The notes beneath the pieces were generated by a model, which was given only the letters and a program-made list of their open reading frames with translations, ran no database searches and was not told the DNA's origin. From positions 96,001-160,000 of IMG/VR virus record IMGVR_UViG_3300030108_004965: a DNA stretch of 64,000 nucleotides, one strand, 5' to 3'. The first letter of the stretch is position 1. Every line of letters begins with the position of its first letter. The stretch comes from a virus. Positions 17,218 through 26,674 of this stretch are shown here, piece after piece. Both the position numbers and the translations under genes were made by a program.

Positions 17218-17246
17218 AATATAACTGGTTTTTGATCAGTTGTCAA
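17218..17246 (-). promoter_or_regulatory. Sigma70-type early promoter
   Basis: TTGACA-17-TATATT. Confidence 0.8.
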
Positions 17247-17252
17247 GTTTTT

Positions 17253-20200
17253 TTATCCAATCATCATCCATTTTTTGTCAACAGCACCGTAGGTTGAGAA
17301 TCCCCAAGTTTCATTATACTTTGGATATTTCAAAACGTATGGTTTATTAAGAAAAATCAGATCCTTTTGAGGATTAACTCCCCAGCACCTAAGTCTAGTG
17401 ACTTCTGAATTTGAATCAATGACATCAATTGTATAAAACCACTTTCCATTCTTAGATTTTTTAGAACTAAGTTTAATTGGAATACACCAAGCCATCCCCA
17501 AGTCAGGATCAAATTCCGATAGTGGTGGAATCATGTATTGATCTATTATTTTATTGGATCTTTCAGTCATTACCATGTTGATAGGATAAATGCCTGTGAG
17601 AGTTTGTGTGTTCTGGATTATCTCTGCGGTTGAAAAGGAACCCTCTGGTCTGTAAGACTCAATGTTTTCGTTTAGTTTCTTCTTGTTCTTAGGTTTGTCA
17701 ACCACGACGGCAGACCAAAAATGTTTGTCACCAGTAAACCTACTATCAATGAGATCATCCATCGCAGAGGCTCTACAAAGGGCATCCAAGGACTTCTTGT
17801 TGAGTTTCCTTGCTACTACCCCACCATCAAAAAGAAGTTGCTCTACGGACGCAAATGGGCGCTTCTCGATGATTTCATCAATGGCTGCGTCGCCAAGACC
17901 CTTGATCGTTGTCAACGGTGCAATAAGCGTTTCATCATCTTGTGGAGTCCAACGTCTTCCGGAAGTATTGATATTCAATGGCTTGATTGTGTAGCCCCAA
18001 GATTTTGCGATGTTGATTGCCGCTTCTTTGCGAGACTCCGGCTCTTTGTCCAAGAATGCACAAGCCCACTCAGCGTTATAGTATGTAGCCAGCCAAGCAG
18101 TCTGGTAAGAAATCATAGAGTAAGCGACGGCGTGAGACTTATTGAAACCATAGCCAGAGAAGTATTCAAACTTCTGCCACATGTCTTCTGCTGATCTTTT
18201 GCTCATTCCTTTCTCAATACAGCCTTCAACAAACTTATGAAGAATCTCTTCTTTCTTTGCTTGCTTTGAGGCATCAAGACCTTTCTTAGTTAACAGTTTG
18301 CGTAGTAAATTAGCATCATCAAGGCTAATGCCTTTACCAAGGCGGTTCGCAAGAAGAGCGATCTGCTCCTGAAATATAAGGAATCCTCTTGTTTCTCTTG
18401 TAAGTTCTTCGACGATTTCATTTTCATACTTTATTGATAACGGGTCTTTGACGGCTTGTACGTAGGCTTTGTCAACACCAGCAGACAAAGGGCCGGGGCG
18501 ATAAATACTCGTAATAGCAGAGATGTCGATGATTGACTTTGGCTGCGCTCTTTTGGAAAGGTTTTGTGCTCCCTTCTCTGTGAATTGGAATATACCCATC
18601 CACTTTCCCGCTTGGAAAATGTTCTTATAAACTTCTTTATCATTTAAATTAATTACATCCGGATGAAGATTTTCATCATAATACTTTTTAACGTCCTCGA
18701 AGGTCGGGGACTCAACACCATGGTGTCGTTGGAGAATACGCTCAATGCATTCCTCCATCATTCTAAGGGTTGCTAAGCCTAAAATGTCAAACTTAATAAA
18801 GCCCATAGGCTCAAGTTGTCTTACGTTCTGTCCTTCAGACCAAGGAGTCTGTCTCACACCCTTAGAGGCAATAAGGGGCATATACTTGTCTAGGTCTGCA
18901 CCAATCACCACACCACCGGCATGACGAGAAGTAGAGCGTACTTGTCCCATTAAACCTTCGACATGAGACTTGACCTTTGGGTGTTCAATAAAAAACTTTT
19001 GCAGAGTCTCAGAGAACTCACACACTTCTTCAAAGGTCGGAGTATAAACCCCAGCACGAATACCGTGCTTCTTCTTAGCAAGCGGAGTTGCTTCCTTAAG
19101 CATGGTATTTGTGACCTTGTTCACATCTGCAAATGGTATGTCATAGAACTTTGAAATGTCTTTGATTAATGATTTCAATTGTAAAGTATTGAAATTAGAG
19201 ATAGGAACTACAGTGTTAGAGCCCCATTCATCAATAAGTATTTCTTTAAGCACCATAGGATCAGAAACATCGTAATCAATGTCAGGATAATCCGTGGCGT
19301 CCGCTCTGAGGAAACGAGAAAAAAGGAGACCATACTTAATAGGATCCACTTGTGTAATACCCAGTGCATAAGCCACCAGCGATCCTGCTGCTGATCCTCT
19401 TCCGGGTCCTGCGAGTTGTACTTCATTTGTTTTATCCGTAATTGACTTCATAGTCAAGAAATATTTTGAGAATCCTCTGTCTGATATAACTTCCAATTCA
19501 TGCTTTAGTCTATCGGCGTACTCCACCCAAGTGGCTGACCCTCGTTTAACAGAACGCGATGCCAGAATTTTAAATAAGCCCTCGAAGGATAGTTGAGCCA
19601 AGTATTCTGCAGGGTGATGGCCAGCAGGTACGACAAAATCAGGCAAGCGTACAGTGTTATCAGGGAGAAAATCATCAATCCTTTCAAAAGCAATACGGAC
19701 CGTTTCCAGCATCGATTGGCGAACGATTTCGTCATCGTAAGGAACATCGGTATGTATGATGTTTGTATATCGTTTATAATCGGCCCACATCTGTTCGCCG
19801 TTCTTTGGATAAAGCTCATAACCAATCTCGTCCACGTTATCAGGTAGTTCATCAGACATCCATTCCGGTTTACCCTTGCCGAGCCAACCTATTTTCTTAT
19901 ATAGTTCTCGATCGTTCCAAGCATCAGGCGTTGGATAATGAGAGTCACATGTTGATATCAAAGGAATGCCAAACTCTTTGTGCATCTGAATGACATAGCG
20001 ATTCAGTTCGTGTTGTTCCGGAATGGCATTCCATTGCAGTTCTCCATACCATCTATCACCAAAGATGTCTAGCATCTTTACTGTCATGTCTCGCATGGCT
20101 TGCTTGACAGCCCTAGGGCCTTCTTCACGATGCTCCCAGTAACAACCGGCATAGATACCACCAAGACAAGCAGAAGCGGCAATGATACCCTCATTGTGCT

Positions 20201-20708
20201 TCTCTAATAGATCAAAATCAATACGAGGCTTACGATAGAAGTTATCGCCGTGATAAGATTCTGAAACCAACTTGAAAATGTTATTCAAGCCAGTCTGGTT
20301 CATTGCAAGTAGAACAATGTGTCTCTTGCGGTTTAGTTCTGATTTAGATGCAGACTTGGATTCCGCTTCGTTCTCGACGGTTGTTCCGGAGCGAGCGTCG
20401 TCAATGTTTTTAGACTTATCTTTGTCTGCTCTGTGTTCTTCAAGTTTAAGTTTCCATTCCGCAACGGACTCGATAAAATATGCTTCAACACCAAAGATGG
20501 GCTTGAAGTCTTTACCTTCTTTCTTCATTCGCTTGGCGTGAAGAACTTGGTAAGCCAGACCATTCATGTTCCCGTGGTCTGTTAATGCAAGGGCTCTGCT
20601 TCCATTGTTATAAGCAAAGTCCATATGGTCTTGTGGATATCCAAATCCATCGAAAGGGGATCCAACCCCAGAATGAGCGTGTAGCCCAACAAAGTCAATC
20701 TTATTCAT
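17253..20708 (-). CDS. dnaE: DNA polymerase III alpha subunit (family C)
   Basis: PHP domain (LHAHS, LTDHG, DSHY), GRGSAAGS, PDIDYD, KFDILGL, YGFNKSHA. Confidence 0.97.
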   Translation of the reverse strand: MNKIDFVGLHAHSGVGSPFDGFGYPQDHMDFAYNNGSRALALTDHGNMNGLAYQVLHAKRMKKEGKDFKPIFGVEAYFIESVAEWKLKLEEHRADKDKSKNIDDARSGTTVENEAESKSASKSELNRKRHIVLLAMNQTGLNNIFKLVSESYHGDNFYRKPRIDFDLLEKHNEGIIAASACLGGIYAGCYWEHREEGPRAVKQAMRDMTVKMLDIFGDRWYGELQWNAIPEQHELNRYVIQMHKEFGIPLISTCDSHYPTPDAWNDRELYKKIGWLGKGKPEWMSDELPDNVDEIGYELYPKNGEQMWADYKRYTNIIHTDVPYDDEIVRQSMLETVRIAFERIDDFLPDNTVRLPDFVVPAGHHPAEYLAQLSFEGLFKILASRSVKRGSATWVEYADRLKHELEVISDRGFSKYFLTMKSITDKTNEVQLAGPGRGSAAGSLVAYALGITQVDPIKYGLLFSRFLRADATDYPDIDYDVSDPMVLKEILIDEWGSNTVVPISNFNTLQLKSLIKDISKFYDIPFADVNKVTNTMLKEATPLAKKKHGIRAGVYTPTFEEVCEFSETLQKFFIEHPKVKSHVEGLMGQVRSTSRHAGGVVIGADLDKYMPLIASKGVRQTPWSEGQNVRQLEPMGFIKFDILGLATLRMMEECIERILQRHHGVESPTFEDVKKYYDENLHPDVINLNDKEVYKNIFQAGKWMGIFQFTEKGAQNLSKRAQPKSIIDISAITSIYRPGPLSAGVDKAYVQAVKDPLSIKYENEIVEELTRETRGFLIFQEQIALLANRLGKGISLDDANLLRKLLTKKGLDASKQAKKEEILHKFVEGCIEKGMSKRSAEDMWQKFEYFSGYGFNKSHAVAYSMISYQTAWLATYYNAEWACAFLDKEPESRKEAAINIAKSWGYTIKPLNINTSGRRWTPQDDETLIAPLTTIKGLGDAAIDEIIEKRPFASVEQLLFDGGVVARKLNKKSLDALCRASAMDDLIDSRFTGDKHFWSAVVVDKPKNKKKLNENIESYRPEGSFSTAEIIQNTQTLTGIYPINMVMTERSNKIIDQYMIPPLSEFDPDLGMAWCIPIKLSSKKSKNGKWFYTIDVIDSNSEVTRLRCWGVNPQKDLIFLNKPYVLKYPKYNETWGFSTYGAVDKKWMMIG

Positions 20709-20737
20709 GTTGTCCTCCATGATTGTATTATGTTTAT

Positions 20738-20766
20738 AATATAACGTGTTGTTGTTTAGTTGTCAA
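20738..20766 (-). promoter_or_regulatory. Sigma70-type early promoter (dnaE)
   Basis: TTGACA-17-TATATT. Confidence 0.8.
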
Positions 20767-20767
20767 G

Positions 20768-21109
20768 TTATTTCATCAAGAATTGTGTAAGTATCAGAAC
20801 CAGACACAAACAAAATGAAATAATATTTTTTGCAGTCAAGAACTCTTCCCCTAGGAAATACCATGTAAGGGGAATAAATATAAGGTAGCCAATACCAAAA
20901 GTTAAGAACCTAATGACCCAAAGAGATTCGACTTCCTGATACATCATTCGTGTAGCAACTGCAAACCCAACAGAAACAATAGGGCCGAGACAAACCGCCA
21001 AGAGAATGTAGTTCTCTTCAAGTTTACCTCCGATCACACCAGCGTTGCTCTGGAACCAAGCGGCAAACTGACAAACTGCGAAAATGATAGTGGCTAATAA
21101 GAACCTCAA
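20768..21109 (-). CDS. Small multi-pass membrane protein (SMR/EamA-like)
   Basis: About four hydrophobic segments in 113 aa. Confidence 0.65.
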   Translation of the reverse strand: MRFLLATIIFAVCQFAAWFQSNAGVIGGKLEENYILLAVCLGPIVSVGFAVATRMMYQEVESLWVIRFLTFGIGYLIFIPLTWYFLGEEFLTAKNIISFCLCLVLILTQFLMK

Positions 21110-21119
21110 TGCTTCATCC

Positions 21120-22061
21120 TCATTTGGCGGCTAGTTGAAAATCATCTGACATCAACTCTCTCATTTTAAATAGTCCCAACTCTTTGTGTTTGCACTCTAG
21201 CATCACATCCATTTCAAGACCAAAGGTATTGATCGGAGTCCAGTATGAATCTGAGTGGGCATGGGCTCTGATCTTTGGGTCATTCTGCTCTACGGAGCGT
21301 GACTGACTGTAGTGAACCACGGGGCGAACATCGCCCCATGTGGAGAGAGCCAATTCAACGGCATCCAGTTGAGACAAGCCACCAGTACAAAATGTATGAT
21401 GATGGTAGTCATGTACAATGGGGATGCCTATCTTTTTGAATATACCATCGTACAACTCTTGGGTTGAATATAGCGACTCTTTGTCGTCATTCTCTACAGT
21501 CAGTCGAGACCGTACAGCGTCTGATAATCTAGCGAAGTTCCGGCAAAAATTGCCAAGGGCCATAGGTTTATCATTGTAAGCGCCTCCAACATGAATGTTG
21601 ATTTTGGCTTTTGGTGTGCGTGGTTGGCACAACAAGTCCATTAGTTTACCGTGAATCTCAAGATCACGGATGGTGTTTAGCACCACTTGCTCGTTAGGCG
21701 AGCAAAGTTTGTTGAACGGACCGGGATGCGTTGTAAGACGCATACCATGTTCCTCTGCAAATAGTCCGCAGTCAAATAAAATTTCTTCAATCTCATTGAA
21801 GTCAGGGAGATCTTCAAGTTTGTAATCGGAAGCCCACGGAAAGATGTCGGAGGACATACGAAAAAACGTGATGTCATTTTGTAAGTTCCACTCTAGAATT
21901 TGTCGCAGATCTTTCACATTCTGTAGAGCAAGTTCTGAAGCGTAGGGCAAACCTTTTGCTTGGAAGGTTCGCTTGATCATAGAGCGGTTTGTTGTGATCT
22001 TGGGCTTTTGTGCGCCAAGGGTCATGTTTATACAGGCATAGCCTAGTCGATAGTTAGTCAT
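21120..22061 (-). CDS. uvsE: UV damage endonuclease
   Basis: LGYACIN, FFRMSSD, RLTTHPG, NIHVGGAY, LTVENDDK, DYHHH, AHSD, MLECKHKE. Confidence 0.95.
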   Translation of the reverse strand: MTNYRLGYACINMTLGAQKPKITTNRSMIKRTFQAKGLPYASELALQNVKDLRQILEWNLQNDITFFRMSSDIFPWASDYKLEDLPDFNEIEEILFDCGLFAEEHGMRLTTHPGPFNKLCSPNEQVVLNTIRDLEIHGKLMDLLCQPRTPKAKINIHVGGAYNDKPMALGNFCRNFARLSDAVRSRLTVENDDKESLYSTQELYDGIFKKIGIPIVHDYHHHTFCTGGLSQLDAVELALSTWGDVRPVVHYSQSRSVEQNDPKIRAHAHSDSYWTPINTFGLEMDVMLECKHKELGLFKMRELMSDDFQLAAK

Positions 22062-22093
22062 TGTGTCCTCCAATGTCTTTGTATTATGTTTAT

Positions 22094-22122
22094 AATATAA
22101 CGTGTTTTTATGCTACTGTCAA
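22094..22122 (-). promoter_or_regulatory. Sigma70-type early promoter (uvsE)
   Basis: TTGACA-17-TATATT. Confidence 0.8.
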
Positions 22123-22464
22123 GTTTTTATTTCTTCTATCAAAAACCAACGCATTTCGAAATAATTTTTCTTTCTCTAACTCTTTGATTTCTAAAACTTT
22201 TCTTAAAATTACTTTACAATTATTTTTACGCGGCTGATTGTGAGTTCTCTCTTGGCTGTGGTCCCAATCTGGTTCCTTACCAAAAGCATCAACAATTACC
22301 CACCACCAATCTGATCCATAATTTTTAGATGTGTCAAAGTTAGGATAACAAAAAGAGATGACCTCTAGCATGTTCTCTTTGCTCCAAAATGTTGGTGTAT
22401 CTTTCAGGTACAATTCTTTGTGAATTTGTGCTTTTATTTCTGGTAGTAATTTATCTTTTTTCAT
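22108..22464 (-). CDS. Hypothetical protein, 118 aa
   Basis: Start reassigned to the ATG after GGAGG and its own promoter. Confidence 0.7.
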   Translation of the reverse strand: MKKDKLLPEIKAQIHKELYLKDTPTFWSKENMLEVISFCYPNFDTSKNYGSDWWWVIVDAFGKEPDWDHSQERTHNQPRKNNCKVILRKVLEIKELEKEKLFRNALVFDRRNKNLTVA

Positions 22465-22485
22465 TTTGCCTCCAATGTTATTTAT

Positions 22486-22514
22486 AATATAACTGATTGG
22501 AAGACTGTTGTCAA
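22486..22514 (-). promoter_or_regulatory. Sigma70-type early promoter
   Basis: TTGACA-17-TATATT. Confidence 0.8.
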
Positions 22515-22531
22515 GTTTTTTGGTGAAGTTT

Positions 22532-23911
22532 TTATTCTTCTGCCCAATCTTTACACGCTTGACCCTTAGGAGTATTTGCTTTTGCCCCTTTGCATCCGTG
22601 CCTAGCCTTAAATGATTTCTTTCTCTTAGTGTTACCAGACTTCCCCGTAACGCGTACTCCGGCTTGTCCCCAGTGGATTCTTTTATAACCACCACTGTCG
22701 CTTTTTACACACTTCATCCATTTCTTTCCTTTACGAGTAGACGATGCCTTCTTTGTGACCTTGGTGCATTTTGAATTTTTCTTTTCTTCCAGTTCCGCCT
22801 CGGCAAGTTCGTTATTCATTTCCTCGATAACTTCCTCGATAATTTTATTTAACGATTCTTTCTTTGGATCTGTGTTCACGTTTTTGGCTTTACCTTTACG
22901 ATTTGGGTTTGGGTCTTTCTTTCTTTTTCTTTTAGCAGCGTTATCTCTTTCTTTCTTTGACATTGATGCTGCTTTTTCTGGTGATGCACATTTTGGTTTG
23001 GTCTTTTGTCCGGGTTGCTTAGCACATGGTTTTCCATCGTATTTACCGCCAATTTGCTCCCAACCTTTTTGTCCATCACCATCTTTGTCATCAAACCAAT
23101 CACGAAGACCTTCTTCGTCTAGTTGACCTTCCTCAGCCTTGACACAATTCCGATAGGTTCTGCCGAACATCTTTTTTGTTTTTTGTGTGTCATGGGTTTT
23201 ATATCCTTTTTGGCAGCGTTCTTCAAGTTCTATGTTTTTCTTTTCTTCTTGAATTCCGTATGTCTTACAGGGATCTTGGCCGCAGCCGCAGTTTTTTTTT
23301 CCTTCTTTTTTGAGAGCCTTATCGATTGATTTTGCTTGTTTACCATGTGCCTTGACAGCACCTTTTAGTTGCTTAGAAACATCCTCCAACTCTTCTTTTT
23401 CATCATCAGTGATTTCTGCTTCGTCAAGAGATTCATTTTTTTTCTTTGATTTGTTTCCCCAATTCTTTGCCCCAACTTTCCGACACTTAACAAGGGCACC
23501 AGAAGCATATGCGGATGGCCAAACATCATAACGAGCCTTTACCTTGTGATAGCAAGCGTCTTTTTTGCCATTTTCATCAAGCATTTCTTCTTCTAGAACT
23601 TCTTCAATAAGTTCATACAGCATTCTTTTCTTTTCACTTAGATCAGCGTCTTCTGGTGTTCCTTGTAATACTGCTCTGATGTCCATTGCAATATCTTCTG
23701 TATCTGCTTTATCGATGGGCTCTGTGGAGTGTCTTTCTCCATTCTTAGAGAACTCAATCCTTCCTGTGTCCTCGTTGTACATAAGAGCATTGGAGTAGTC
23801 TTTTCTGACTAGTCTCTTGATTTCTCGGAACTTAGGCTTAAACTTATGCCAGTATCTTTTTCTCTCTTCTAGAACTTCTTCAATAATCTTTCGTAATGTC
23901 TCATTTCTCAT
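22532..23911 (-). CDS. Modular protein of basic Cys-containing domains separated by acidic linkers
   Basis: DACYHKVKARY.VWPSAYASG; RCQKGY...NCV; KPKC; KRKKSFKARHGC modules. Confidence 0.8.
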   Translation of the reverse strand: MRNETLRKIIEEVLEERKRYWHKFKPKFREIKRLVRKDYSNALMYNEDTGRIEFSKNGERHSTEPIDKADTEDIAMDIRAVLQGTPEDADLSEKKRMLYELIEEVLEEEMLDENGKKDACYHKVKARYDVWPSAYASGALVKCRKVGAKNWGNKSKKKNESLDEAEITDDEKEELEDVSKQLKGAVKAHGKQAKSIDKALKKEGKKNCGCGQDPCKTYGIQEEKKNIELEERCQKGYKTHDTQKTKKMFGRTYRNCVKAEEGQLDEEGLRDWFDDKDGDGQKGWEQIGGKYDGKPCAKQPGQKTKPKCASPEKAASMSKKERDNAAKRKRKKDPNPNRKGKAKNVNTDPKKESLNKIIEEVIEEMNNELAEAELEEKKNSKCTKVTKKASSTRKGKKWMKCVKSDSGGYKRIHWGQAGVRVTGKSGNTKRKKSFKARHGCKGAKANTPKGQACKDWAEE

Positions 23912-23939
23912 AAATCAAACCCTTATTTATCTAGTTTAA

Positions 23940-25022
23940 TTAGTCATAAGGAAACAATCGTCCCTCTGCTTTATCGAAAAATTCTTCGTCTAATTCACAT
24001 CCAATGAACCCACGGCCCAAATTTTTGGCGGCGAGCAGCGTTGCTGCTGAACCGGCGAATGTGTCTAATACCACATCTGCGGGATTACTATGTTTTTTGA
24101 TCAAGGCTTCCATGAACGCCAAGGGTTTTTGTGTAGGGTGAAACCTTCCTCTCTCGTGACAGATAGGGAAACGATACACTCCATTATCGTATTCCGAATT
24201 AAACGTGGGCTTACTGACTTTTACGCCGAGGAGAGCGACCTCTCTAGCGTTTGACAAGTAATTACGTTTTGAATTAAGCGGAACCGGGTTTGTTTTGACC
24301 CATTCAATAAAGCGAATCTGTTTGAATCCTGCTTCTTCCATTATACGCTTCACATCTGTAATTTTCCAAAGATCACAAAAGATAATAGCGGTTCCGTGCT
24401 TCTTTAATACGCGATAATATTCAAAAACAGAATCTCGCAAATCTTCCAAAGAAAAATTTTCGGATTTATCCCATTCACCATGTTCCGTAGATACAGCAAA
24501 ACGCTTCTCTCCGTTCACAACACTTTTGAAGCCTGATTTTTTACTAATAATATAAGGTGGATCGGTCAGAACCAGATCCACGGATCCTTTTTCCATCTTC
24601 GCCATTAACGATAGGGAGTCTGTCCACTCAAAGTCTTGGATTTCTCCTCGAAGCATCTTTAGGATCTCCTTGTGCTCTTGTTCCGAGAAAAAATCAGTGC
24701 CGTCTGTGAAGCAATCTGGTTGTTCGAATCCCACCTTTCGCATCTCTTCCATCCATTCAAATCCATGTGCTTCCACTTCCATTCCATATTCTTCATAAAC
24801 CACATGATGACACATTTCATGCAATAATACCCCAAGCATTTGTCTCTCGGAGAGTCCTTGGTTGTTTGCTAGCAAAATGGCATTACAACCCATTTCATCA
24901 TGACGATAGCTTCCTAACAAATCATCATCCATTTCTTTAATAAAAACCGGTACCGATCTGTACTCATTGTCCCAGTATTTTTTCATAAAATAACCAAAAG
25001 CGTAATTCCATATATAATTCAT
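23940..25022 (-). CDS. SprT-like metalloprotease fused to a beta-class DNA methyltransferase
   Basis: LLHEMCHH...AHG.EW; TDPPY; HPTQKP; VLDTFAGS; FIGCELD. Confidence 0.88.
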   Translation of the reverse strand: MNYIWNYAFGYFMKKYWDNEYRSVPVFIKEMDDDLLGSYRHDEMGCNAILLANNQGLSERQMLGVLLHEMCHHVVYEEYGMEVEAHGFEWMEEMRKVGFEQPDCFTDGTDFFSEQEHKEILKMLRGEIQDFEWTDSLSLMAKMEKGSVDLVLTDPPYIISKKSGFKSVVNGEKRFAVSTEHGEWDKSENFSLEDLRDSVFEYYRVLKKHGTAIIFCDLWKITDVKRIMEEAGFKQIRFIEWVKTNPVPLNSKRNYLSNAREVALLGVKVSKPTFNSEYDNGVYRFPICHERGRFHPTQKPLAFMEALIKKHSNPADVVLDTFAGSAATLLAAKNLGRGFIGCELDEEFFDKAEGRLFPYD

Positions 25023-25246
25023 TTGTCCTCCATTACGTATATAAGTTTTTCAACTTCTGCGAACCAAACAGGCAACATCCCGCCATCTGCGAGTTGAATA
25101 CTTAAATCAAAAAAATTTTCTTCATCGTTTGATTCATAGATTTCTATAACTATTCCGATCTCCTGTTGAATGGCAGTGACACCGTCGTACTGCACATTTT
25201 GTAAAAACACAACAAGATCTCCGATTTCATAGTTACAAAAATCCAA
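25019..25246 (-). CDS. SH3-like hypothetical protein
   Basis: YEIGDLVVF...GIVIE. Confidence 0.7.
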   Translation of the reverse strand: MDFCNYEIGDLVVFLQNVQYDGVTAIQQEIGIVIEIYESNDEENFFDLSIQLADGGMLPVWFAEVEKLIYVMEDK

Positions 25247-25324
25247 CTAATAATTCCCCCAATTACAATCACAGGGATCGCACTCACATACGGGGCAAGC
25301 CTCACTCTGGCTCTGATTCTGCAT
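25247..25324 (-). CDS. Cys-rich micropeptide, 25 aa
   Basis: Hand translation MQNQSQSEACPVCECDPCDCNWGNY; fills the gap between clpS and the next gene. Confidence 0.5.
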   Translation of the reverse strand: MQNQSQSEACPVCECDPCDCNWGNY

Positions 25325-25604
25325 GGAGCGGATATCCTGCACCTCTCGCATACATTTTTGTTGTTTCGACTTTTGTTTCTGCGATTTGTTTTGAATAGAT
25401 TCCTGCAATTCCTTTCCCCTTCTTGTGGACGTTCATCATTATTGATTTTGCCTCTTGTTCGCCCTTATTAAATACCTCCATAAGAATCAAAGTAACCAAA
25501 TTCATTGGAGTGTAGTCATCATTATAGAATACAACCTTATATTTTCTAGGTCTGTCTATTTTTTGCCGGTCTTTCACCAGTAAGTCTTTTTGTTTTTTTG
25601 TCAT
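25302..25604 (-). CDS. clpS: ATP-dependent Clp protease adaptor ClpS
   Basis: YKVVFYNDDYTPM...VF...EA..IM..VH..G.GI.G.Y...AETKV. Confidence 0.95.
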   Translation of the reverse strand: MTKKQKDLLVKDRQKIDRPRKYKVVFYNDDYTPMNLVTLILMEVFNKGEQEAKSIMMNVHKKGKGIAGIYSKQIAETKVETTKMYARGAGYPLHAESEPE

Positions 25605-25767
25605 GTGTCCTCCCATGCTTTACTTTAAACTTAATTTTTTTTTCTTCGAAACAGCAGTCCTCTACCTTTTTGTTAGACAAGATACAAATTTGCTTTTCAA
25701 AATACTTTATCATTCGCCTGTATGATGCTATAGATTCATCTATAATCTTAGTTTCGTGATCAGTCAT
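25546..25767 (-). CDS. Hypothetical protein
   Basis: ATGA overlap with the upstream gene. Confidence 0.5.
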   Translation of the reverse strand: MTDHETKIIDESIASYRRMIKYFEKQICILSNKKVEDCCFEEKKIKFKVKHGRTHDKKTKRLTGERPAKNRQT

Positions 25768-26660
25768 TCTATGTGACCCGTTCCAACGACTTCCCATTCC
25801 ATGTGAGTCTCTATGTAAGTATTTTCTTCCTCCCAAAGAACATTTTCAATCTTATGTCTTGTAAGATGTACGGCAACAAGAGCCCAAGTAGGATAAGATG
25901 ACAGGTACTGTCCCGGAATCGTCATCATCCCCGTGTCTCCACTAGAGCAAGCAACATAGCCTAGCAAAGAAGCGCCATCGGGTGAATAAACTGCCAACAT
26001 TATAGTAAATGTACTGTTAGATCCATAAGGTGCCCACCAAAACGTAGCACCCGTTCTGTAAATTGGCGCAGCGAAAGCATATGAAATGTCAACATACCTA
26101 AGTTCAAACGGCTCTATAGAATCAAAACCATGAAACGATGTAAACTGGGCGAAATCATAATCATCTTCTCTTGAAATAGTATGCACAGTATCTCTTATAT
26201 AAATAGAGTCAGTGAACCAAGTACCAACATAATTACCATCCATGGTTTTATAAGCGTTAAGAGTAGTATTCCCTGTTCTTGCTTTTATCTCTGCTCCCAT
26301 ATCATATAATTGGACAAGGGGCACGATCTGTGTTACATTTTGTGTGCATTGTCCTTGGGGAGGAATGTGTCTTGTATAAGTATCAAAAATCTTTTCGTGG
26401 AACCTTGCATCAAATCGAACTGTTATTTCATTTGTCTCGCCCATACAAGCCAAACAAGCCACTTGTCTCAAGTGGTAGTGTACATACCCTCCAATGCCTT
26501 CAGGAGGCTCTGTAGAGGGCTCTGAGGCTGGCTCTGTTGATGGTTCGACAGGCGGTGGTGCAGTGTCTGCTACAGTAGAAGAATCTACAATAATGTCCGG
26601 TCTTTTTGATATTGATACCTCTGTGCAGGACAGCATCAATAGTGGTAATAAATATTTCAT
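25764..26660 (-). CDS. Putative lipoprotein
   Basis: MKYLLPLLMLSC signal and Cys; EPSTEPASEPSTEP linker; RBS GGAGG. Confidence 0.75.
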   Translation of the reverse strand: MKYLLPLLMLSCTEVSISKRPDIIVDSSTVADTAPPPVEPSTEPASEPSTEPPEGIGGYVHYHLRQVACLACMGETNEITVRFDARFHEKIFDTYTRHIPPQGQCTQNVTQIVPLVQLYDMGAEIKARTGNTTLNAYKTMDGNYVGTWFTDSIYIRDTVHTISREDDYDFAQFTSFHGFDSIEPFELRYVDISYAFAAPIYRTGATFWWAPYGSNSTFTIMLAVYSPDGASLLGYVACSSGDTGMMTIPGQYLSSYPTWALVAVHLTRHKIENVLWEEENTYIETHMEWEVVGTGHIE

Positions 26661-26674
26661 TTTTTCCTCCAAAG

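Noticed and set aside
22465-22695. N-terminal extension of ORF 22108-22695
   Set aside because: It overlaps the modular protein and crosses a clear promoter and RBS; the start is placed at 22464.
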